From a bacterium (GTDB taxonomy: Bacteria; SAR324; JACQKK01): a DNA stretch of 64,000 nt. Shown here piece after piece: positions 58,497 to 64,000 of this stretch. Each line of letters starts with the position of its first letter. Position 1 is the stretch's first letter. The position numbers and the translations under genes were made by a program. The DNA lies in NCBI GenBank assembly GCA_965240465.1, contig OZ251219.1, forward strand, positions 1,408,001 to 1,472,000, given 5' to 3'. The notes beneath the pieces were generated by a model that made no database searches, was not told where the DNA came from, and saw nothing but the letters and a program-made list of their open reading frames with translations.

Positions 58497-59732
58497 CTAT
58501 AAAGAAAGACCTATAGAGGCCTTATATGTTTTTTCTTTGTGTGGCTTACGATTGTTTTTGTTACCTGAGTCGAATCCCCAATTTGAGTATCCTAATCTTA
58601 TGATAGTGAATAGGTTAATTTCAACGCCATTAGTGGCAACACCTTGGTACCTGCCAATCCCTAAATTGATTAAATTGCCTCCAAAGGGCAAGGGTATTAT
58701 CCCAGCCGCTACCCCAAAACGTGTTCGCTGACCAAAACTGCGCTTTGCACCATCTTGCTCAATAGCAGAAGTGATATCTTCCAGCTCAATACTTACAGAA
58801 GCATCGGCAAATAAGGCGTCAACCAATAAAGCACTGCCTACGTTAAAAGTGCCTGGAGCCTTGTATCTACCTCCATCACCACCCGTACTCTTCAGCGTAA
58901 CTCCGCCAAAATTGTTTGCGGTAAAGCTAGTTTGCAGTGCTCCAAAGAAAAACGCACTCTTACGGTTTATCAATCCCACGTCAATGCCATTTCCTTTGTA
59001 CTCTTTTGGTTCAATGCTTAGATCAATTTTGCTGCCAGCAACAGCATCTATAAAATCTAGTTTATTATCTACAATTGTGAATTTTTGATTTTTGTAGTTA
59101 AATCCCCAACGCCATTCATCAGAATGTCGATAGCCCAAAGACATTATCTTAGAATCAAGAATACCAGAATAAATTTCTAGGGTGTCAAGTTCTCCAGGAT
59201 TTGGTGGATTTAGTGGATCTATGACAAATCCAGAATCCCCTTTATCTACAAAACTAAGCCTGATCTCTTGGCTATAAAATTGGGCACCTCCTATTGTCAA
59301 TCCCGCAAAAGGTATTCTTGCTCCCGCTCTTCTACTTATAGAACCAGCATATCGTTGCTCATTCCCAAGGTATCTATTAAAATAATCCGTAAGATCACTA
59401 TCAGATACATTATCCTTACCTAGTATGTTTCTAGAATCTTCTAGGAATCTTACACTATCTCTAGAAGCTGAGATTGATATACCAGCATCCACAAAAAACA
59501 AATATCTACCTAAGGTAAGTCCTGCTGGATTGTAATAAATGGCATCGCCATGAGTTGCCAAAGGTCCATAAGCATTACCCGCTGCCAGTGCTATGCTTTC
59601 TCTTTGAAAGAAACTATTGGTATCAAGATTCTGGGCATAAGCCGCAGTACTTACAGCCACAACTGTCAAACACACGACAACAGAATGCTTAAAAACTTTA
59701 AATATTTGACCTGCATGGATAAATATATTCAC
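58497..59732 (-). CDS. Outer-membrane beta-barrel protein (TraF_2/FadL-like)
   Basis: Signal peptide ending AYA; ALAAGNAY...DAIYYNPAGL; amphipathic strands; ends SIGLSL. Confidence 0.65.
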   Translation of the reverse strand: MNIFIHAGQIFKVFKHSVVVCLTVVAVSTAAYAQNLDTNSFFQRESIALAAGNAYGPLATHGDAIYYNPAGLTLGRYLFFVDAGISISASRDSVRFLEDSRNILGKDNVSDSDLTDYFNRYLGNEQRYAGSISRRAGARIPFAGLTIGGAQFYSQEIRLSFVDKGDSGFVIDPLNPPNPGELDTLEIYSGILDSKIMSLGYRHSDEWRWGFNYKNQKFTIVDNKLDFIDAVAGSKIDLSIEPKEYKGNGIDVGLINRKSAFFFGALQTSFTANNFGGVTLKSTGGDGGRYKAPGTFNVGSALLVDALFADASVSIELEDITSAIEQDGAKRSFGQRTRFGVAAGIIPLPFGGNLINLGIGRYQGVATNGVEINLFTIIRLGYSNWGFDSGNKNNRKPHKEKTYKASIGLSL

Positions 59733-59991
59733 ATATCTACCTTAATTGAGAGAGGAAGACCAACTCTGAGTGCTAACAAATAGCAATGCTCACCAGGATC
59801 ACACTCCTTTGAGTGTAAAACTATTATGTAGGTATAGTCAAATAAAGTGCGATGTGCTTATCGGAAACATCTCACATGTAATTCTTACAGGTTTTGTACT
59901 TGCCCTTTTTTAGTGGACTTGATGATAGTCTGTGTGAAGAAGGTTGTTACTAGATTTTATGATTATTTTGTAACACACTTAAGAGGTGACC

Positions 59992-60894
59992 ATGCAGATA
60001 CTCAGTGGAAAAGAAGTACGCGAAGCAATGATGCCTAGCCTGCATGCTGAGTCCCGACGCTTGAGTGCTTTAGGTGGGCGTCCACGTCTAATGATGGTAT
60101 TGGTGGGAGATCATGCCCCTTCTTTGAGCTATGTGCGTAGCAAGAGTCACTTTGCCCGATCCCTAGGCATTCAAGCAGAGGTAATACCACTGGCAGCTGA
60201 TGTGACTGCAGAGGAACTACACGGAGTATTGGAACGCCTGAACCATAATCAAAGTGTGCATGGGATTTTATGTCAAAATCCTTTGCCGCCTCATCTAGAT
60301 GAGGCCGAGGTATATAAAAGGATTGATGTAAAAAAGGATGTTGATGGATTTAATCCTTATAATGCGGGGCTGTTGCTAGGAGGGCATCCTTGTCTAGCTC
60401 CTTGTACTCCTGCGGGAGTGCTTTGCATGTTGCGTCATTATGGAATTACTACTAAGGGGCGGAAAGTGGTTGTGCTTGGTCGAAGTAAGATTGTAGGGCG
60501 TCCAATGTCTACTATGTTATCTACTAAGGGTGAGGACGCGGTGGTGACACTATTGCACTCAGCGGCAGGAAAAGTGGAGGAATTTGTGCGTCAAGCCGAA
60601 CTGGTAATTACGGCAGCGGGCAAACCTGGCTTTATCACAGGCGATATGCTAGCTGATGGTGCAGTGGTAGTGGATGTAGGGATTAATCGGGTGCAGGATT
60701 CTGCCAGCGAAAGAGGGTATAGGATTGTAGGGGATGTTGATTTTGATTCCGTCCGCCATAAAGTTAGTGCCATCACGCCTGTGCCGGGTGGGGTAGGTTT
60801 AATGACTGTTTGCATGCTTATGGCTAATACCTTGAGTGCTGCTCGCTGGCAGAAAGAGGGCTTGCCACCAGATGCCATTTGGAGGAATACTTGA
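59992..60894 (+). CDS. folD: Methylenetetrahydrofolate dehydrogenase/cyclohydrolase
   Basis: KDVDGF, PCTPAG, GRSKIVGRP, DVGIN, TPVPGGVG. Confidence 0.97.
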   Translation: MQILSGKEVREAMMPSLHAESRRLSALGGRPRLMMVLVGDHAPSLSYVRSKSHFARSLGIQAEVIPLAADVTAEELHGVLERLNHNQSVHGILCQNPLPPHLDEAEVYKRIDVKKDVDGFNPYNAGLLLGGHPCLAPCTPAGVLCMLRHYGITTKGRKVVVLGRSKIVGRPMSTMLSTKGEDAVVTLLHSAAGKVEEFVRQAELVITAAGKPGFITGDMLADGAVVVDVGINRVQDSASERGYRIVGDVDFDSVRHKVSAITPVPGGVGLMTVCMLMANTLSAARWQKEGLPPDAIWRNT

Positions 60895-60912
60895 TTAGCA
60901 AGGATTTAGAGA

Positions 60913-63207
60913 ATGAAAAAAGAAGAAAAAAAACCAGTTGATACTCTGGCGGAAGAGGCACTGGAATATCATAGTCGTCCGCCTAGGGGTAAGGTTGAGG
61001 TACGTGCCACTAAACCTACCTCTACTCAGCATGACTTAGTACTGGCATACAGCCCTGGAGTAGCAGCACCTTGTCTAGAAATTGCACGTGATGAATCTCT
61101 TAGCTGGAAATATACTGCACGGGGCAATTTGGTGGCAGTGGTCAGTGATGGCAGTGCCGTACTGGGACTAGGCAATATAGGTCCTCTGGCTTCTAAGCCT
61201 GTGATGGAAGGTAAAGCCGTGTTGTTCAAGCAATTTGCAGGAATTGATGTTTTTGATCTGGAGATAGATTCAAAAGATCCTAATAAGTTTATTGATATCG
61301 TTAGTGCCCTGGAACCCACATTTGGAGGCATCAATCTGGAGGATATTAAAGCCCCAGAATGCTTTAAGATAGAACCTTCCTTGCAAAAAAAGGTGGGCAT
61401 CCCCGTGTTTCATGATGACCAACACGGCACAGCCATTATCAGTGGAGCAGCTCTTATAAATGCTCTAGCCTTGATAGGCAAAAGCATGGAGAGCGTAAAG
61501 GTGGTTTTCAGTGGAGCTGGTGCAGCAGCGATAGGTTGTGCCAATTTCTATCTGCAGCTGGGCATGCGGCGGGATAACATTTCCATGGCCGATTCTAAGG
61601 GCGTACTGCACCAGGACAGAGATGATATTAGTCCTCAGGCACGTCAATTTGCCCAAAAAACTAAATGCCGTATCCTAAAGGAAATTGTTCGTGATGCAGA
61701 TATCTTTGTAGGACTCTCTGCACCTAATGTTCTTACCCCAGAGATGTTGAAATCAATGGCAAAAAAACCTATTGTTTTTGCACTTGCTAACCCTACCCCA
61801 GAAATTGATTACCATTTAGCCAAAAAAACTCGCCCCGATAGCATCATTGCCACAGGACGCTCAGATTACCCCAACCAAGTCAACAATGTCCTCTGCTTCC
61901 CTTTCATCTTCAGAGGGGCACTGGATGTTCGTGCTACTTGTATCAATGAAGAAATGAAACTGGCTGCTTCTAATGCCCTAGCCTTGCTAGCCCGTGCAGA
62001 AACTCCAGATGAAGTACTAGATGCCTATAATCTGAACTCCCTACACTTTGGCAAAGAATACCTAATCCCCAAACCTTTTGACCATCGTGTTCTGCTGTCG
62101 GTTGCCCCTGCCGTCGCTCGAGCAGCAATTGAAACCGGCGTTGCAGCTGCTAGTGGAAATTTTAAATATAACGAATATAGAGACTACCTTGAATCACTAC
62201 AAAGCCTAGCAAGATACACCGTTAGGAAATTAAATAGACGCATAAAAGTCTCAGCCCACTCACGTAAGAAACGAGTGGTTTTTCCAGATAGTAGTAATGA
62301 AAGCGTGCTTAGAGCCTGTAGCCATATCGTGCAAGAAGGAGTGGCTACCCCAGTACTGCTCGGTAGCCCAAAACATATAGAAAAATGGGCCTGCAATTGG
62401 CAAATAGACCTCCATGGAGTGGAAATTATTGATCCATTAAATTCACCATTGGTGGATAAATTTGCAGATGAGTTACTGAAAATAAGGGCTCGTAAGGGGA
62501 TTGATAAATTACAAGCACAAGCACAAGCTTCGGATGTGATTGAATTTGGGCTGATGATGGTCAGAACCAATCAAGCAGATTGCTTCGTGGGTGGCATCAG
62601 CAGACCATTCCCTAGCATTCTTCGTCCATCCTTAAAAATTATTGGAGTTAGAAAAGAAGCTTGCACCGTGAGCGGATTTTACATGCTTATTTACAAGGAT
62701 AGAGTACTTTTTCTATCCGACTGCGTGGTTAACATCAAACCCGATGCCGAAAAACTGGCCTATACTGCCATCAATACGGCTCGGGCTGCCAGGTTTTTAG
62801 GTCATACCCCAAAAGTTGCCTTTGTTTCATTCTGTAATTTTGGTAGCAGTCAGAATGAAGAACCAGAAACCATCCAAGCTGCCTTAAAGATTGTACATCA
62901 AAAAGAACCGAGCTTGATGGCAGAAGGTGAAATGCAAGCACACCTAGCCCTTTCTCATCGGGAACGCCAAAAACTCTTCCCCTTCTCTGTCATGGAAGGA
63001 TCTGCCAACATCCTAATCATGCCCAACCTCAGTGCAGCTTCCATTGCCTGTTGCAGTCTGGTAGCCCTCAGCGATGCCGACATAGTGGGTCCTATTCTGT
63101 CTGGCATGAAAAAGCCAGTTAACCTTATTCCTCAGGAAGCACGGGTACAGGATATCATTAGCATGACCACCATCTCTGTGCTGGAAGCCCAAGAACAGGT
63201 GCTTTAG
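60913..63207 (+). CDS. maeB: NADP-dependent malic enzyme with C-terminal PTA-like domain
   Basis: [49 protein letters not shown]. Confidence 0.96.
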   Translation: MKKEEKKPVDTLAEEALEYHSRPPRGKVEVRATKPTSTQHDLVLAYSPGVAAPCLEIARDESLSWKYTARGNLVAVVSDGSAVLGLGNIGPLASKPVMEGKAVLFKQFAGIDVFDLEIDSKDPNKFIDIVSALEPTFGGINLEDIKAPECFKIEPSLQKKVGIPVFHDDQHGTAIISGAALINALALIGKSMESVKVVFSGAGAAAIGCANFYLQLGMRRDNISMADSKGVLHQDRDDISPQARQFAQKTKCRILKEIVRDADIFVGLSAPNVLTPEMLKSMAKKPIVFALANPTPEIDYHLAKKTRPDSIIATGRSDYPNQVNNVLCFPFIFRGALDVRATCINEEMKLAASNALALLARAETPDEVLDAYNLNSLHFGKEYLIPKPFDHRVLLSVAPAVARAAIETGVAAASGNFKYNEYRDYLESLQSLARYTVRKLNRRIKVSAHSRKKRVVFPDSSNESVLRACSHIVQEGVATPVLLGSPKHIEKWACNWQIDLHGVEIIDPLNSPLVDKFADELLKIRARKGIDKLQAQAQASDVIEFGLMMVRTNQADCFVGGISRPFPSILRPSLKIIGVRKEACTVSGFYMLIYKDRVLFLSDCVVNIKPDAEKLAYTAINTARAARFLGHTPKVAFVSFCNFGSSQNEEPETIQAALKIVHQKEPSLMAEGEMQAHLALSHRERQKLFPFSVMEGSANILIMPNLSAASIACCSLVALSDADIVGPILSGMKKPVNLIPQEARVQDIISMTTISVLEAQEQVL

Positions 63208-64000
63208 CAATTTACTATCCGCTCCCGCTCTGTAGTAGAAAGGGATTCATTGGTAGCTAGTTGTCCGCAGGCTGCCAGAATGTCCTGTCCTTTGGATATT
63301 CTAAGCGTGGCAACAAGACCTTTATTGAGGAGTAACCGTTGGAATGCACGCATTTGCGTCATGGAAGAAGGGTAATAAGGACTTTTTGGAAAAGTGTTAT
63401 ACATTATCAGGTTAATTTTGCAAGGTATCCCGTGCAGTAGCTTCACTAAGCTGCGGGCCTGATTGAGAGTATCTGTCATATCTTTGATGAGAATGTATTC
63501 AAAAGTCAGCTGATGTCGTCTGTTTTGGGTAGCTTGACGGCAGGCATCTAGCAGAGCTGCGATGTTCCAGCGGCGGTTGATAGGCATAATGCGGCTACGG
63601 AGTTCATCTGTGGTAGCGTTGAGGGAGACAGCCAGATTGAATTTGAGATTGTCTTTGCCAAAATTCAGGATGGCTGGTACCAAGCCGCTTGTAGAGATGG
63701 TAATACGGCGGGCTGCTAGCTTAAAGCCATCATTTGCTTGTAAAATACTGAGAGCATTAATGAGATTTTTGTAATTGTGGAGTGGTTCTCCCATGCCCAT
63801 GAAAACAAGATTACTAATCCTCCTGTCATCAGGCAACAAACGGGACAACTCGATTACTTGATCTACAATTTCACCCGTAGTCAGTTGTCGCTTTAACCCC
63901 ATTGCAGCAGTCAGGCAGAAGGTGCATCCCATGGCACAGCCAACCTGAGAAGAAATACAAGCCGTATAATGCTTGCGATTAGGCATCAGTACCGATTCAA
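63204..64000 (-). CDS. rlmN: Dual-specificity RNA methyltransferase RlmN (partial; 5' end beyond the window)
   Basis: CISSQVGCAMGCTFC, MGMGEP, DILAACGQL; frame stays open to the window end (ESVLMP). Confidence 0.96.
   Translation of the reverse strand, partial: ESVLMPNRKHYTACISSQVGCAMGCTFCLTAAMGLKRQLTTGEIVDQVIELSRLLPDDRRISNLVFMGMGEPLHNYKNLINALSILQANDGFKLAARRITISTSGLVPAILNFGKDNLKFNLAVSLNATTDELRSRIMPINRRWNIAALLDACRQATQNRRHQLTFEYILIKDMTDTLNQARSLVKLLHGIPCKINLIMYNTFPKSPYYPSSMTQMRAFQRLLLNKGLVATLRISKGQDILAACGQLATNESLSTTERERIVNC

Noticed and set aside
59768-59776. Perfect CIRCE right half GAGTGCTAA
   Set aside because: No left half at the 9-bp spacing.
1121-63774. Numerous 60-170-aa antisense or out-of-frame ORFs in the track
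   Set aside because: They lie within well-supported genes and show no domain motifs; treated as shadow ORFs.

Overview
Chromosomal window from a Gram-negative bacterium. The gene types (alpha2 GlyRS, HrcA, UPF0182, PdxS/T, MaeB, Deg2-like proteases) suggest a deltaproteobacterial/SAR324-like lineage; this is inference, not a database result. Most of it is housekeeping genes in small, broken-up operons: alaS, gatB, glyQS, der, murJ, lon, nuoABCD, ctaA/ctaB, fabI, putA, trxB, pyrF, pdxST, folD, maeB, partial rlmN, and an rpmG missed by the ORF track. Five things stand out. (1) An AT-rich Upf1-like helicase with a Vsr-like nuclease domain has a hidden -1-frame continuation encoding two C4 zinc ribbons, entered at an A9G slippery run. 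(2) GC skew forms a sawtooth with kb-scale period: each tooth runs G-rich to C-rich on the + strand regardless of gene direction. (3) A lone Cre-like tyrosine recombinase has a dif/lox-like inverted-repeat site upstream, whose spacer is the -35 box of its own predicted promoter. (4) A candidate structured small RNA with an exposed anti-Shine-Dalgarno loop lies at about 51.0 kb between a promoter and a terminator. (5) An active Deg protease is followed by a catalytically dead paralog. I saw no tRNA, rRNA, CRISPR array or IS element.
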